Shown: positions 1-17,072 of the stretch, one piece after another
Layout of the letters: each line of letters begins with the position of its first letter
How positions within the stretch are numbered: position 1 is the first letter of the stretch
NCBI RefSeq assembly: GCF_000027125.1
Contig: NC_017626.1
Length of the DNA: 64,000 nt
Source: Escherichia coli 042
GTDB lineage: Bacteria > Pseudomonadota > Gammaproteobacteria > Enterobacterales > Enterobacteriaceae
Reading direction: 5' to 3' (one strand)
The notes under the pieces: generated by a model
Told to the model about the DNA's origin: nothing
Databases searched by the model: none
Seen by the model: the letters and a program-made list of their open reading frames with translations, nothing else
Position numbers and translations under genes: made by a program

Positions 1-443
1 GCATCGGGAAGCGATTCGGCAAAGGGGAGATACGGTTTGATATCCACCACCGGCGTCCCATCTACCAGATCCAGACTGCCGAGCTTCAGAATCACGCTGT
101 CTTTATGGCAAACAACCTCTTTCAGCTCTACCAGCGACATACCAATCGGGTTAGGGCGGAAAGTGGAGCGCGTAGCGAAAACACCCATTCTGGTATTACC
201 GCCGAGGCGCGGTGGACGCACAGTCGGACGCCAGCCGCCTTCCATCGTTTGATGAAAGACGAAAAGGATCCATAAATGGCTGAACGCTTCCAGGCCGCGA
301 ACGGCGTCGGCCTGGTTGTAGGGAGCAATGAGATGCAGTTCGCCGTTGGCGCTTTTTACCAGACCTGGCTGGCGCGGAACGGCGAATTTTTCTTTATAGG
401 GCGAGCGAATAACGCCTATTTGCTCGAATTGGAAACTGCTCAT
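1..443 (-). CDS. tsaA: tRNA threonylcarbamoyladenosine-related methyltransferase TsaA (YaeB), N-terminal part; 3' end lies beyond the window start
   Basis: Reverse-strand translation from the ATG at 443 reads MSSFQFEQIGVIRSPYKEKFAVPRQPGLVKSANGELHL..., recognised as YaeB/TsaA. Not in the ORF track because its stop is outside the window. Start overlaps the rcsF stop in an ATGA arrangement. Confidence 0.85.
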   Translation of the reverse strand, partial: MSSFQFEQIGVIRSPYKEKFAVPRQPGLVKSANGELHLIAPYNQADAVRGLEAFSHLWILFVFHQTMEGGWRPTVRPPRLGGNTRMGVFATRSTFRPNPIGMSLVELKEVVCHKDSVILKLGSLDLVDGTPVVDIKPYLPFAESLPD

Positions 444-844
444 TTCGCCGTGATGTTAAGCGCAGAACCGATACATACAGCCTGACGATAGCAACCTGGC
501 GTACCGCTGGTGACTTCGCAGCTATGCAGTAATACCGCATTGGCTTTCATTTTAGAGGCGTTGATTTGCATCCGCTTACGTGCGGTTGGAATGCTCGGCG
601 GAGAGTCCTGATTAGAGGCCTGGCAAGAGTCGCCACTGACTTCACCGAGATCGCGGAACGGTTTGCCGACTAATTCTTCTGCATTGGTATAAATTCGGAC
701 CGGCGTGGCGCGCGGCGCTTTCGGTTTTGCAGGCTCCGCTTTCGGCTGGGGTGCAGTGCTTTGAACGGGTTCGACAGGGGATCTGCTTAACATGGAACAG
801 CCGCTTAGCATGAGTGCTACTAAACAGATCGGTAAAGCACGCAT
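440..844 (-). CDS. rcsF: Outer membrane lipoprotein RcsF (Rcs phosphorelay sensor)
   Basis: 134 aa ORF with lipoprotein signal (LSGC lipobox), proline/lysine-rich linker and C-terminal Cys-containing domain, recognised as RcsF; conserved position next to metQ. Confidence 0.9.
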   Translation of the reverse strand: MRALPICLVALMLSGCSMLSRSPVEPVQSTAPQPKAEPAKPKAPRATPVRIYTNAEELVGKPFRDLGEVSGDSCQASNQDSPPSIPTARKRMQINASKMKANAVLLHSCEVTSGTPGCYRQAVCIGSALNITAK

Positions 845-890
845 AGTATTTCCTCAATGTATGATCAAAACGTCAATATTGAATCAGGAG

Positions 891-924
891 CTTGTAAAAA
901 TGACAAGACGGGCAAGCGCCCGTC
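891..924 (-). terminator. Rho-independent terminator downstream of metQ
   Basis: GC hairpin gacgggcgcttgcccgtc followed by a T-run on the minus strand, immediately after the metQ stop. Confidence 0.6.
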
Positions 925-961
925 CTGAATGATATTACAAATTGTGGAAACAGCCTAAAAA

Positions 962-1777
962 TTACCAGCCTTTAACAGCGCCGCCGTTAAACACTTTGTT
1001 TGCTGCTTCGTAAACTTCGTCAGACTGATAAGCCTGGACGAATTTCTTCACGTTCTCGGCGTCTTTGTTATCTTCACGCGTCACGATCAGGTTTACGTAC
1101 GGGGAGTCTTTATCTTCGACAAAGATACCGTCTTTCGCCGGAGTCAGGCCAATCTGGCTGGCATAGGTGGTATTGATAACTGCCAGAGCGATTTGCGCGT
1201 CGTCCAGAGAGCGAGGCAGCTGCGGTGCTTCCAGCTCAACAATTTTCAGATTTTTTGGGTTCTCAACAACATCAAGAACGGTCGGCAGCAGGCCAACGCC
1301 ATCTTTCAGTTTGATCAAGCCCACTTTTTGCAGCAGCAGCAGTGAACGACCAAGGTTAGTTGGGTCGTTTGGCACGGCAACCTGCGAACCATCCTGCAGT
1401 TCATCCAGCGATTTGATTTTCTTGGAGTAACCTGCAATCGGATAAACAAAAGTGTTGCCTACTGCGACCAGTTTGTAGCCACGATCTTTCAGTTGCTGAT
1501 CAAGGTACGGTTTATGCTGGAAGGCGTTGGCGTCGATATCGCCTTTGCTCAATGCTTCGTTTGGCAGAACATAGTCGTTGAAGGTTACCAGCTCAACGTC
1601 CAGGCCATATTTGTCTTTCGCAACTTTCTGCGCGACTTCTGCAACCTGCTGTTCGGCACCAACAATCACGCCGACTTTAATGTGGTTTGGATCTTTTTCA
1701 TCCTGACCGCAGCCTACCAGTGCCAGTGATCCAATCAGGGCTCCCACTGCCGCAAAGGTTTTGAATTTGAACGCCAT
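962..1777 (-). CDS. metQ: D-methionine ABC transporter substrate-binding lipoprotein MetQ
   Basis: 271 aa ORF with lipoprotein signal (LVGC), NlpA-family sequence; last gene of the metNIQ operon. Confidence 0.92.
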   Translation of the reverse strand: MAFKFKTFAAVGALIGSLALVGCGQDEKDPNHIKVGVIVGAEQQVAEVAQKVAKDKYGLDVELVTFNDYVLPNEALSKGDIDANAFQHKPYLDQQLKDRGYKLVAVGNTFVYPIAGYSKKIKSLDELQDGSQVAVPNDPTNLGRSLLLLQKVGLIKLKDGVGLLPTVLDVVENPKNLKIVELEAPQLPRSLDDAQIALAVINTTYASQIGLTPAKDGIFVEDKDSPYVNLIVTREDNKDAENVKKFVQAYQSDEVYEAANKVFNGGAVKGW

Positions 1778-1816
1778 ACCTTATTCCTTCTTCAATTATT
1801 TATGTTGTGTTGAACG

Positions 1817-2470
1817 TTACTTGCGAGTGACAGCCCGGACGATGCGGTCGCCTGCGAACTGAATTAAATAAACCAGAATGACCAGCAATACCAGTACCGT
1901 ATTCATCACCGTCGCGTTGTAGCCGATGTAGCCATACTGATAGCCAATCTGACCTAAACCACCGGCACCGACTGCACCACCCATCGCGGAATAACCGACC
2001 AGGGTAATCAGGGTGATAGTCGCAGCATTCACCAGACCCGGCAATGCTTCCGGTAACAGCACTTTACGGACGATCTGCATCGGCGTGGCACCCATTGCGC
2101 GGGAAGCTTCAATTAGCCCGGTTGGGATCTCCAGCAGAGCGTTCTCGACCATACGGGCAATAAACGGTGCTGCACCAACGGTTAACGGAACAATCGCTGC
2201 CTGCAAACCAATCGATGTACCGACAATAACGCGGGTAAACGGAATCATCCATACCAGCAAGATAATGAACGGGATAGAACGGAAAATGTTCACAATCGCA
2301 GAAACGGTACGATACAGCTTCGCGTTAGCAATAATTTGCCCCGGGCGCGTAACATAAAGCAGGACGCCGACCGGCAGACCAATCACAAACCCAAAAAATC
2401 CGGATACGAAGGTCATTGCCAGCGTTTCCCATACGCCACGAACCAGCAGCCACATCATCGGCTCAGACAT
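1817..2470 (-). CDS. metI: D-methionine ABC transporter permease MetI
   Basis: 217 aa polytopic membrane protein between metN and metQ. Confidence 0.92.
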
Positions 2471-3494
2471 AACCCAGTACCTCTACTTTTACATGGTGTT
2501 CCTGCAGCCAGGCAATGGCGGCTTGCGTATCTTGTTGTGTGCCGTGCATTTCAGTCAGCATGATGCCGAACTTAACGCCACCGGCGTAATCCATCTGCGC
2601 GCTAATAATGTTGTTGTTGACGTTGAAACGACGCGCGGTTTCAGAAAGCAGTGGGGCATCGACCGATTGACCGGTAAACTCCAGACGCAGCATCGGCACG
2701 CAGTCAGTGAATGGCTCCGCTTGCAGACGCTCCTGATAATCTTCCGGGATATCCAGATGCAGGGTCGACTGAATAAACTTCTGCGCCAGCGGCGTTTTCG
2801 GATGCGAGAACACTTCACTTACCGTGTCCTGCTCGATCAGTTCGCCATTACTGATGACCGCCACGCAATCACAAATGCGCTTCACAACGTCCATTTCGTG
2901 GGTGATCAACAGAATCGTCAAACCCAGACGGCGGTTAATGTCTTTCAGCAGTTCGAGAATAGAACGTGTCGTTGCCGGGTCCAGCGCGCTGGTGGCTTCA
3001 TCACACAGCAATACTTTGGGATTGCTGGCTAATGCACGGGCAATCGCCACACGTTGTTTCTGCCCACCGGAAAGATTCGACGGGTAGCTATCATGCTTAT
3101 CGCCAAGACCAACCAATGACAGCAATTCCGTCACGCGACGTTTGATCTCGTCTTTCGGTGTATTGTCCAGCTCCAGCGGCAGAGCCACGTTGCCAAAAAC
3201 AGTACGCGAAGAGAGCAGGTTAAAATGCTGGAAAATCATACCAATCTGGCGGCGAGCTTTGGTCAACTCGGATTCTGACAGCGTGGTCAGTTCCTGTCCA
3301 TCGACCAGCACGCTACCCTCGGTTGGGCGCTCCAGCAGGTTTACACAACGTATAAGCGTACTCTTACCCGCGCCTGAGGCACCGATAACGCCATAAATTT
3401 GCCCAGCTGGCACATGCAGGCTGACGTTGTTCAACGCCTGGATGGTGCGGGTGCCCTGGTGGAACACTTTGGTGATATTCGAAAGTTTTATCAT
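2463..3494 (-). CDS. metN: D-methionine ABC transporter ATP-binding protein MetN
   Basis: 343 aa; Walker [13 protein letters not shown] signature LSGGQKQR, Walker [12 protein letters not shown]; stop overlaps the metI start by 8 bp. Confidence 0.93.
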
Positions 3495-3576
3495 TGATTA
3501 TTTATTATCGTCATTAAGTTAGTCGTGGCATTTCGAATGCCTGAAACGGGCAACGCCGTCAATGAAATGGATGTTA

Positions 3577-3600
3577 AGGCATCCAGACGTCTAAATCAAT
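3577..3600 (-). promoter_or_regulatory. Candidate MetJ operator (met box) in the metN promoter region
   Basis: Perfect AGACGTCT octamer at 3585..3592 flanked by related octamers, about 90 bp upstream of the metN start. Confidence 0.45.
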
Positions 3601-3681
3601 CAGGTTTATGCGAAGAGCACTTTCTTGCAGGTCGAAACATGCGATACTAGCGTCACATGCCTTATTAAGGAGCTATAAAAG

Positions 3682-4254
3682 GTGGCGAAGAGCGTACCCG
3701 CAATTTTTCTTGACCGTGATGGCACCATTAATGTCGATCACGGCTATGTCCATGAGATCGATAACTTTGAATTTATCGACGGTGTTATTGACGCCATGCG
3801 CGAGCTAAAAAAAATGGGCTTCGCGCTGGTGGTAGTCACCAACCAGTCTGGCATTGCTCGCGGTAAATTTACTGAAGCACAGTTTGAAACGCTGACCGAG
3901 TGGATGGACTGGTCGCTGGCGGACCGCGATGTCGATCTGGATGGTATCTATTATTGCCCGCATCATCCGCAGGGTAGTGTTGAAGAGTTTCGCCAGGTCT
4001 GCGACTGCCGCAAACCACATCCGGGGATGCTTTTGTCGGCACGCGATTATTTGCATATTGATATGGCTGCTTCTTATATGGTGGGCGATAAATTAGAAGA
4101 TATGCAGGCAGCTGCTGCGGCGAACGTGGGAACAAAAGTGCTGGTGCGTACGGGTAAACCTGTTACGCCTGAAGCAGAAAACGCGGCGGATTGGGTGTTA
4201 AATAGCCTGGCAGACCTGCCGCAAGCGATAAAAAAGCAGCAAAAACCGGCGTAA
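3682..4254 (+). CDS. gmhB: D-glycero-beta-D-manno-heptose-1,7-bisphosphate 7-phosphatase GmhB (HAD family)
   Basis: 190 aa ORF with HAD motif FLDRDGTIN; sits immediately upstream of the rrnH promoters. Confidence 0.9.
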   Translation: MAKSVPAIFLDRDGTINVDHGYVHEIDNFEFIDGVIDAMRELKKMGFALVVVTNQSGIARGKFTEAQFETLTEWMDWSLADRDVDLDGIYYCPHHPQGSVEEFRQVCDCRKPHPGMLLSARDYLHIDMAASYMVGDKLEDMQAAAAANVGTKVLVRTGKPVTPEAENAADWVLNSLADLPQAIKKQQKPA

Positions 4255-4297
4255 TGATTAAAAGATGAGCGGTTGAAATAAAAATGCATTTTTCCGC

Positions 4298-4325
4298 TTG
4301 TCTTCCTGAGCCGACTCCCTATAAT
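4298..4325 (+). promoter_or_regulatory. rrnH promoter P1
   Basis: -35 TTGTCT (4298..4303), 16 bp spacer, -10 TATAAT (4320..4325), GC-rich discriminator GCGCC; matches rrn P1 architecture. Confidence 0.75.
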
Positions 4326-4407
4326 GCGCCTCCATCGACACGGCGGATGTGAATCACTTCACACAAACAGTCGGTTCGGTTGAAGAGAAAAATCCTGAAA
4401 TTCAGGG

Positions 4408-4435
4408 TTGACTCTGAAAGAGGAAAGCGTAATAT
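4408..4435 (+). promoter_or_regulatory. rrnH promoter P2
   Basis: -35 TTGACT (4408..4413), 16 bp spacer, -10 TAATAT (4430..4435). Confidence 0.7.
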
Positions 4436-4475
4436 ACGCCACCTCGCGACAGTGAGCTGAAAGCCGCGTCGCAAC

Positions 4476-4488
4476 TGCTCTTTAACAA
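4476..4488 (+). promoter_or_regulatory. rrn leader boxA antitermination element
   Basis: Exact TGCTCTTTAACAA in the 16S leader; a second boxA-like copy (TGCTCTTTAAAAA) lies in the 16S-23S spacer at 6488..6500. Confidence 0.8.
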
Positions 4489-4619
4489 TTTATCAGACAA
4501 TCTGTGTGGGCACTCGAAGATACGGATTCTTAACGTCGCAAGACGAAAAATGAATACCAAGTCTCAAGAGTGAACACGTAATTCATTACGAAGTTTAATT
4601 CTTTGAGCATCAAACTTTT

Positions 4620-6161
<1,542 letters not shown>

Positions 6162-6229
6162 CCTTAAAGAAGCGTACTTTGCAGTGCTCACACAGATTGT
6201 CTGATGAAAATGAGCAGTAAAACCTCTAC

Positions 6230-6306
<77 letters not shown>

Positions 6307-6348
6307 AATTTGCACGGCAAATTTGAAGAGGTTTTAACTACATGTTAT

Positions 6349-6424
6349 GGGGCTATAGCTCAGCTGGGAGAGCGCCTGCTTTGCACGCAGGAGGTCTGCG
6401 GTTCGATCCCGCATAGCTCCACCA
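6349..6424 (+). tRNA. alaV: tRNA-Ala (TGC) in the 16S-23S spacer
   Basis: GGGGCTATAGCTCAGCTGGGAGAGCGCCTGCTTTGCACGCAGGAGGTCTGCGGTTCGATCCCGCATAGCTCCACCA, 76 nt. Confidence 0.97.
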
Positions 6425-6607
6425 TCTCTGTAGTGATTAAATAAAAAATACTTCAGAGTGTACCTGCAAAGGTTCACTGCGAAGTTTTGCTCTTTAAAAA
6501 TCTGGATCAAGCTGAAAATTGAAACACTGAACAACGAAAGTTGTTCGTGAGTCTCTCAAATTTTCGCAACACGATGATGAATCGAAAGAAACATCTTCGG
6601 GTTGTGA

Positions 6608-9513
<2,906 letters not shown>

Positions 9514-9606
9514 ACAACGCCGAAGATGTTTTGGCGGATAGAGAGAAGATTTTCAGCCTGATACAGATTAAATCAGAACGCAGAAGCGGTCTGATAAAAC
9601 AGAATT

Positions 9607-9726
9607 TGCCTGGCGGCCTTAGCGCGGTGGTCCCACCTGACCCCATGCCGAACTCAGAAGTGAAACGCCGTAGCGCCGATGGTAGTGTGGGGTCTCCCCA
9701 TGCGAGAGTAGGGAACTGCCAGGCAT
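9607..9726 (+). rRNA. rrfH: 5S ribosomal RNA (rrfH)
   Basis: TGCCTGGCGGCCTTAGCGCGGTGGTCCCACCTGACCCCATGCCGAACTCAGAAGTGAAACGCCGTAGCGCC...GGAACTGCCAGGCAT, 120 nt. Confidence 0.97.
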
Positions 9727-9778
9727 CAAATTAAGCAGTAAGCCGGTCATAAAACCGGTGGTTGTAAAAGAATTCGGT

Positions 9779-9855
9779 GGAGCGGTAGTTCAGTCGGTTA
9801 GAATACCTGCCTGTCACGCAGGGGGTCGCGGGTTCGAGTCCCGTCCGTTCCGCCA
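9779..9855 (+). tRNA. aspU: tRNA-Asp (GTC), distal tRNA of the rrnH operon
   Basis: GGAGCGGTAGTTCAGTCGGTTAGAATACCTGCCTGTCACGCAGGGGGTCGCGGGTTCGAGTCCCGTCCGTTCCGCCA, 77 nt. Confidence 0.97.
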
Positions 9856-9865
9856 CTTATTAAGA

Positions 9866-9896
9866 AGCCTCGAGTTAACGCTCGAGGTTTTTTTTC
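9866..9896 (+). terminator. rrnH operon Rho-independent terminator
   Basis: Hairpin GCCTCGAG..CTCGAGGT followed by an 8-nt T-run. Confidence 0.8.
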
Positions 9897-10016
9897 GTCT
9901 GGATATCTATTATTGCCAGAATCGCAAAAATCCTCTGCGTTTTACGCTCTTTTCCGCAACAGTCTGAAGCCCATAATCACCTCAGTTAACGAAAATAGCA
10001 TTAAAAGAGGTATATT

Positions 10017-10820
10017 ATGGCTATCCCTGCATTTGGTTTAGGTACTTTCCGTCTGAAAGACGACGTTGTTATTTCATCTGTGAAAACGGCGCTTGAACTT
10101 GGTTATCGCGCAATTGATACCGCACAAATCTATGATAACGAAGCCGCAGTAGGTCAGGCGATTGCAGAAAGTGGCGTGCCACGTCATGAATTCTACATCA
10201 CCACTAAAATCTGGATTGAAAATCTCAGCAAAGACAAATTGATCCCGAGTCTGAAAGAGAGCCTGCAAAAATTGCGTATCGATTATGTTGATCTGACGCT
10301 AATCCACTGGCCGTCACCAAACGATGAAGTCTCTGTTGAAGAGTTTATGCAGGCGCTGCTGGAAGCCAAAAAACAAGGGCTGACGCGTGAGATCGGTATT
10401 TCCAACTTCACGATCCCATTGATGGAAAAGGCGATTGCTGCTGTTGGCGCTGAAAACATCGCTACTAACCAGATTGAACTCTCTCCTTATCTGCAAAACC
10501 GTAAAGTGGTTGCCTGGGCTAAACAGCACGGCATCCATATTACTTCCTATATGACACTGGCGTATGGTAAGGCCCTGAAAGATGAGGTTATTGCTCGTAT
10601 CGCAGCTAAACACAATGCGACTCCGGCACAAGTGATTCTGGCATGGGCTATGGGGGAAGGTTACTCAGTAATTCCTTCTTCTACTAAACGTAAAAACCTG
10701 GAAAGTAATCTTAAGGCACAAAATTTACAGCTTGATGCCAAAGATAAAAAAGCGATCGCCGCACTGGATTGCAACGACCGCCTGGTTAGCCCGGAAGGTC
10801 TGGCTCCTGAATGGGATTAA
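10017..10820 (+). CDS. dkgB: 2,5-diketo-D-gluconate reductase B / methylglyoxal reductase (aldo-keto reductase)
   Basis: 267 aa aldo-keto reductase sequence (LIHWPSP); conserved position after rrnH. Confidence 0.9.
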   Translation: MAIPAFGLGTFRLKDDVVISSVKTALELGYRAIDTAQIYDNEAAVGQAIAESGVPRHEFYITTKIWIENLSKDKLIPSLKESLQKLRIDYVDLTLIHWPSPNDEVSVEEFMQALLEAKKQGLTREIGISNFTIPLMEKAIAAVGAENIATNQIELSPYLQNRKVVAWAKQHGIHITSYMTLAYGKALKDEVIARIAAKHNATPAQVILAWAMGEGYSVIPSSTKRKNLESNLKAQNLQLDAKDKKAIAALDCNDRLVSPEGLAPEWD

Positions 10821-11731
10821 GCCTCTCTGACAGCTCCTCCAGGAGCTGTTTTTACATGCTCGCTAAGGAAATCGATAAAAGCCCGGATGCGCGTACTTAC
10901 CGCACGGTCGCTGTAATAGACTGCACTGAATGGCATTTCCACTGGCAATACTTTATCTGCCATTAACTCCACCAATTCTCCGCGAGCGATTTCTCTGTCG
11001 ATCATGTAGTCGGACAAACACGCAATCCCGTTGCCACTTAGGCAAAGCTGTTTCAGTGTTTCCCCACTATTGGATGACAAACCGTACTTCACCTCATGTA
11101 ATTGTCCATCGCTACAGGCTATCGGCCAGGTATTGAGGGAAGCGGGTTCAGTGAATCCCAGGCAAACATGTTGCTTTAAATCGTCGAGCGTTTCAGACTT
11201 CCCATAGCGGGAAATATAATCGGGGGAGGCTATAATTTTTCGATAACTGTTAAATAACGGCCTGGCACGTAAGCTGGAATCCGTTAACGTACCGGCGCGT
11301 ATCGCGACATCCACTTTTCTTTCGATCAAATTAATAATCGTTTCGGAGGAGACTAGTGATAAAGTGACTTCCGGATAGCGTTCACGGAAAGGCTTAATCA
11401 ACGGCATCAGAAAGTGTAGCACCACTGGAGTTGCGGCATCGATGTGCAACAGTCCACGCGGTGTATTACGCGTCTCCATAATTTCTGATTCTGCCGCTGC
11501 CATCTCCTGCAAAATTGACTGTACGCGACGAAAATAACGCTCGCCTTCTTCCGTCAGGCTAAGTTGCCGCGTGGTCCGATTAAGCAGGCTAACGCCAAGT
11601 TTCATCTCCAGCTTTTTCACCGCCCGGCTTACCGCTGAGTTTGCTTGCCCTAATTGTTCCGCTGCCCGGCTAAAGCTGCCGCTTTCGACGACCGAAACAA
11701 AAATGGCGAGTTCTTCCGACGTGGCTTTCAT
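10817..11731 (-). CDS. yafC: LysR-family transcriptional regulator YafC
   Basis: 304 aa with N-terminal helix-turn-helix typical of LysR regulators; convergent with dkgB, with overlapping stop codons. Confidence 0.85.
   Translation of the reverse strand: MKATSEELAIFVSVVESGSFSRAAEQLGQANSAVSRAVKKLEMKLGVSLLNRTTRQLSLTEEGERYFRRVQSILQEMAAAESEIMETRNTPRGLLHIDAATPVVLHFLMPLIKPFRERYPEVTLSLVSSETIINLIERKVDVAIRAGTLTDSSLRARPLFNSYRKIIASPDYISRYGKSETLDDLKQHVCLGFTEPASLNTWPIACSDGQLHEVKYGLSSNSGETLKQLCLSGNGIACLSDYMIDREIARGELVELMADKVLPVEMPFSAVYYSDRAVSTRIRAFIDFLSEHVKTAPGGAVREA
10830..10854 (+). terminator. Candidate terminator for dkgB, embedded in the 3' end of the convergent yafC
   Basis: Hairpin ACAGCTCCT..AGGAGCTGT followed by TTTTT just after the dkgB stop. 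Confidence 0.45.
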
Positions 11732-11920
11732 TTTTGCTCCTGTTGCAAAATAGATGAGATATTTTGAATTTATTTGTCATTAAACCATCAGGATGCGTGA
11801 TATGTCATCCGATTTAATGTTCTCAATCATGAGCAAATTTCTGACCGGTGTAAGCACTTGCTTACATAACAATATACAATTGCTCGTTGAAAGAGTGAGC
11901 TAAAATCCCTATAACAGTAG

Positions 11921-12772
<852 letters not shown>

Positions 12773-12848
12773 GGTATGTCAGGTCTGCCACAGGGCAGAC
12801 CAACGTTTGGCGCTGCCCTTTTTAATCAAACAATAAAAGGACAGCACA

Positions 12849-13619
12849 ATGACAACACAATCCCACCATGACCACGTTGAAAAGCAGTTTAGCTCGCAGG
12901 CCAGTGAGTATTTAACCAGTACCGTACATGCATCCGGGCGAGATTTACAGCGCCTGGCGGTGCGTCTGGCTGATTATCCTGATGCAAGTGTACTTGATAT
13001 GGGCTGCGGAGCAGGGCATGCCAGCTTTGTCGCTGCGCAGAACGTGAGCGCGGTGGTGGCGTATGACTTATCTGCCCAAATGCTGGATGTCGTGGCACAA
13101 GCTGCCGAAGCCCGGCAACTGAAAAATATCACCACCCGCCAGGGTTATGCCGAAAGTCTGCCATTTGCCGATAACGCATTTGATATTGTTATCAGCCGTT
13201 ATTCTGCCCATCACTGGCATGATGTTGGTGCAGCACTGCGTGAAGTGAATCGGGTATTGAAACCCGGCGGTAGGCTGATTGTGATGGACGTAATGTCTCC
13301 GGGTCATCCAGTGCGCGACATCTGGTTACAGACGGTAGAAGCATTACGCGATACCTCTCACGTACGAAACTACACCAGCGGTGAGTGGTTGACGTTAATC
13401 AATGAAGCCAATCTGATAGTTGATAATTTAATTACAGATAAGTTACCTCTGGAATTTTCTTCATGGGTCGCGAGAATGCGTACGCCAGAAGCGTTAGTAG
13501 ACGCTATTCGCATTTACCAACAGAGCGCATCGACAGAGGTGAGAACGTATTTTGCCTTGCAGAATGACGGCTCTTTCACCAGTGATATCATCATGGTAGA
13601 AGCACATAAAGCAGCATAA
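12849..13619 (+). CDS. yafE: SAM-dependent methyltransferase YafE (UbiE/COQ5-like)
   Basis: 256 aa with methyltransferase motif I VLDMGCGAGH. The true start may be internal. Confidence 0.8.
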   Translation: MTTQSHHDHVEKQFSSQASEYLTSTVHASGRDLQRLAVRLADYPDASVLDMGCGAGHASFVAAQNVSAVVAYDLSAQMLDVVAQAAEARQLKNITTRQGYAESLPFADNAFDIVISRYSAHHWHDVGAALREVNRVLKPGGRLIVMDVMSPGHPVRDIWLQTVEALRDTSHVRNYTSGEWLTLINEANLIVDNLITDKLPLEFSSWVARMRTPEALVDAIRIYQQSASTEVRTYFALQNDGSFTSDIIMVEAHKAA

Positions 13620-13620
13620 A

Positions 13621-13656
13621 TAAAAAAGGCACCGGGGGAATCGGTGCCTTTTTATT
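13621..13656. terminator. Bidirectional Rho-independent terminator between yafE and mltD
   Basis: AAAAAA-GGCACCG..CGGTGCC-TTTTTATT; A-run and T-run flank a GC hairpin. Confidence 0.8.
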
Positions 13657-13666
13657 ATCTGGTTTG

Positions 13667-15025
13667 TCAGGAATCTGGCATGTTGTTGTTTTTCACAAAC
13701 AACGTCAGCTTATCGCCTGGTTGCAGATTCGCAGTATCGCTGTTCCAGCGCATCACATCTTTGATGTTCACGCCGTGGCGTTTAGCAATGCTTGAAAGCG
13801 AATCGCCTTTGCGCACACGATACGTAATGCTATCGCTGTTGTTTGCCAACCGCTGTGCGCTACTACCTGCGCCAATCGTCAAGCTTTGGCCTGGCTTCAG
13901 CTTAGATCCGCGCAGTTTGTTCCACTGCTGCAAATCTTTGGTGCTAACGCCGAGACGTGAAGCGATACTTGAAAGCGTGTCGCCAGAGCGTACGGTGTAA
14001 ACACGGCTGTTAAGCGGCGTATTGTCGGCAACCAGCGTCGACTGTACAGCAGCAATTTCGCCCGAAGCCAGAGATTCACGCAGTTGATCTGCATGCTTCT
14101 TTGGCACCATCACGTACTGCGGACCACTTGCGCCCAGCGTGGAGCCTTTCACGCCAGCGTTGAATGTCTTCAGCTTGCTGACGGAAATCCCCGCCATATC
14201 TGCAACCTTCGCCATTTCAACTGGGCTGCTCAGGTGCACACGCGCCAGAGCACGGCTTTCATCGGTCGTTGGCAGACGTACGCCATAACGCTTGCTGTTT
14301 TTGAGAATATCACTCAATGCCAGCATTTTAGGCACGTACTGCTTCGTTTCCTGCGGCAACGGTAACGACCAGAAGTCCGTGGATTTCCCACGCGCTTTGT
14401 TCGTTTTAATTGCCTTCATGACTCGACCTTCGCCGCTGTTATAAGCCGCTACGGTCAGAAGCCAGTCGCCGTCAAACATCTTGTTCAGACGCTGCATCAT
14501 GTTCAGCGCGGCAGTTGTTGAAGCAACAACATCGCGACGCGCGTCATAATTGCGGGTCTGTTTCAAACCATAATTGCGCCCCGTGCTCGGAATGATCTGC
14601 CAGATGCCTGCGGCATTGGCGCCAGACGTTGCGTGAGGATCAAAAGCGCTCTCCACTATGGGTAGTAGTACCAGTTCCATAGGCATGTTACGTTTTTTAA
14701 CTTGCCCGGCTATCCAGTACATATACGGCTCTGCCCGTAAAGTTACATCGTGGAGATAGCTCTTATTGCGTAAATATTTCTGTTTCTGTTCGCGAATCCG
14801 GTCATTTTCCGGAATTCCCATCTTTAGCTCGTCGCCAATGAAAGCCCACAAGTCACCATCTGGCGCGATAGACGTCCCATCGTCCATCCATCGTGCCTGA
14901 CTTGTAAACTTTGCTGCTTCCCCTTGACCAGCTGCAGAAAGGCTCTGTGCGTGCTGTTGAACGTTGCCGGTACTCTGGCAACCCACGAGCAGGACAGAGG
15001 CGAGTAATATCGCTTTTGCCTTCAT
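13667..15025 (-). CDS. mltD: Membrane-bound lytic murein transglycosylase D (lipoprotein with LysM repeats)
   Basis: 452 aa; lipoprotein signal LLVGC, transglycosylase domain, two C-terminal LysM-like repeats. Confidence 0.92.
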   Translation of the reverse strand: MKAKAILLASVLLVGCQSTGNVQQHAQSLSAAGQGEAAKFTSQARWMDDGTSIAPDGDLWAFIGDELKMGIPENDRIREQKQKYLRNKSYLHDVTLRAEPYMYWIAGQVKKRNMPMELVLLPIVESAFDPHATSGANAAGIWQIIPSTGRNYGLKQTRNYDARRDVVASTTAALNMMQRLNKMFDGDWLLTVAAYNSGEGRVMKAIKTNKARGKSTDFWSLPLPQETKQYVPKMLALSDILKNSKRYGVRLPTTDESRALARVHLSSPVEMAKVADMAGISVSKLKTFNAGVKGSTLGASGPQYVMVPKKHADQLRESLASGEIAAVQSTLVADNTPLNSRVYTVRSGDTLSSIASRLGVSTKDLQQWNKLRGSKLKPGQSLTIGAGSSAQRLANNSDSITYRVRKGDSLSSIAKRHGVNIKDVMRWNSDTANLQPGDKLTLFVKNNNMPDS

Positions 15026-15096
15026 GTGTGTGTCAATAGTTGCTTAAAAGACGACCGATCATAACGGCGAACGGAGCCGATGACAAGAAAGTTTTA

Positions 15097-15855
<759 letters not shown>

Positions 15856-15867
15856 TTACCTCTCAGT

Positions 15868-16608
15868 GTGAAACGGAAGGTTGTGATGAAACCGGCAAGA
15901 GTCCCTCAAACTGTCGTGGCTCCTGATTGCTGGGGCGATTTGCCCTGGGGAGAGCTTTATCGCAAGGCGCTGGAGCGCCAGCTCAACCCGTGGTTCACTA
16001 AAATGTATGGTTTTCATCTGCTTAAGATTGGCAATTTAAGCGCAGAAATCAATTGCGAAGCGTGCGCGGTTTCTCATCAAGTGAATGTTTCTGCGCAAGG
16101 AATGCCCGTCCAGGTGCAGGCGGACCCACTTCATCTTCCTTTTGCCGATAAATCCGTTGATGTTTGTCTACTGGCACATACATTGCCGTGGTGCACCGAT
16201 CCGCATCGTTTATTGCGTGAAGCCGATCGGGTATTGATTGATGATGGCTGGCTGGTGATTAGTGGCTTCAATCCCATCAGTTTAATGGGATTACGCAAAC
16301 TTGTGCCGGTATTGCGAAAAACCTCTCCCTATAACAGCCGGATGTTTACTCTGATGCGGCAGCTGGACTGGCTCTCTTTGTTGAATTTTGAAGTGCTACA
16401 CGCCAGCCGTTTCCACGTTCTCCCGTGGAACAAACACGGTGGAAAATTATTAAATGCGCATATTCCTGCGCTTGGTTGCTTACAACTTATTGTCGCCCGG
16501 AAACGGACTATTCCTTTAACGCTAAATCCGATGAAACAGAGTAAAAACAAGCCACGAATTCGCCAGGCGGTTGGAGCCACCCGGCAATGTCGTAAACCAC
16601 AGGCTTAA
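15868..16608 (+). CDS. yafS: Putative SAM-dependent methyltransferase YafS
   Basis: 246 aa ORF divergent from gloB; the true start is probably the internal Met at 15886. Confidence 0.8.
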
Positions 16609-17072
16609 ACTTCGACTTGATAGCCCGTATCTTCCAGTGTGGGATTCATCGCTGCGGCACGAGCCAGTTCATCGCAACGTTCGTTTTCTGGATGACCGGC
16701 ATGGCCTTTAACCCATTCCCATTTGATTTGATGCTGCCCCAGCGCAGCATCAAGACGTTGCCAGAGATCGACATTTTTTACTGGTTTTTTGTCTGCTGTT
16801 TTCCAGCCACGTTTTTTCCAGTTATGGATCCACTGGGTGATACCCTGGCGGACATACTGGCTGTCGGTACTCAAAATGACTTCGCAATGTTCTTTTAACG
16901 CCTCCAGCGCGACAATAGCGGCCATCAACTCCATACGGTTGTTGGTGGTGCGGGTGTAGCCTGCGCTAAAGGTTTTCTCGCGTCCGCGATAGCGTAAAAT
17001 AGCGCCGTAACCCCCAGGTCCTGGATTACCCAGACACGAACCGTCGGTGAAAATTTCTACCTGTTTAAGCAT
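16605..17072 (-). CDS. rnhA: Ribonuclease HI
   Basis: The ORF track gives 179 aa, but the recognised RNase HI sequence begins at the internal [23 protein letters not shown] (155 aa), so the start is placed at 17072. Confidence 0.93.

Noticed and set aside
3608-4056. Small ORFs overlapping gmhB (3608..3808 plus strand, 3805..4056 and 3869..4135 minus strand)
   Set aside because: Out-of-frame or antisense within a well-supported gene, with no supporting features.
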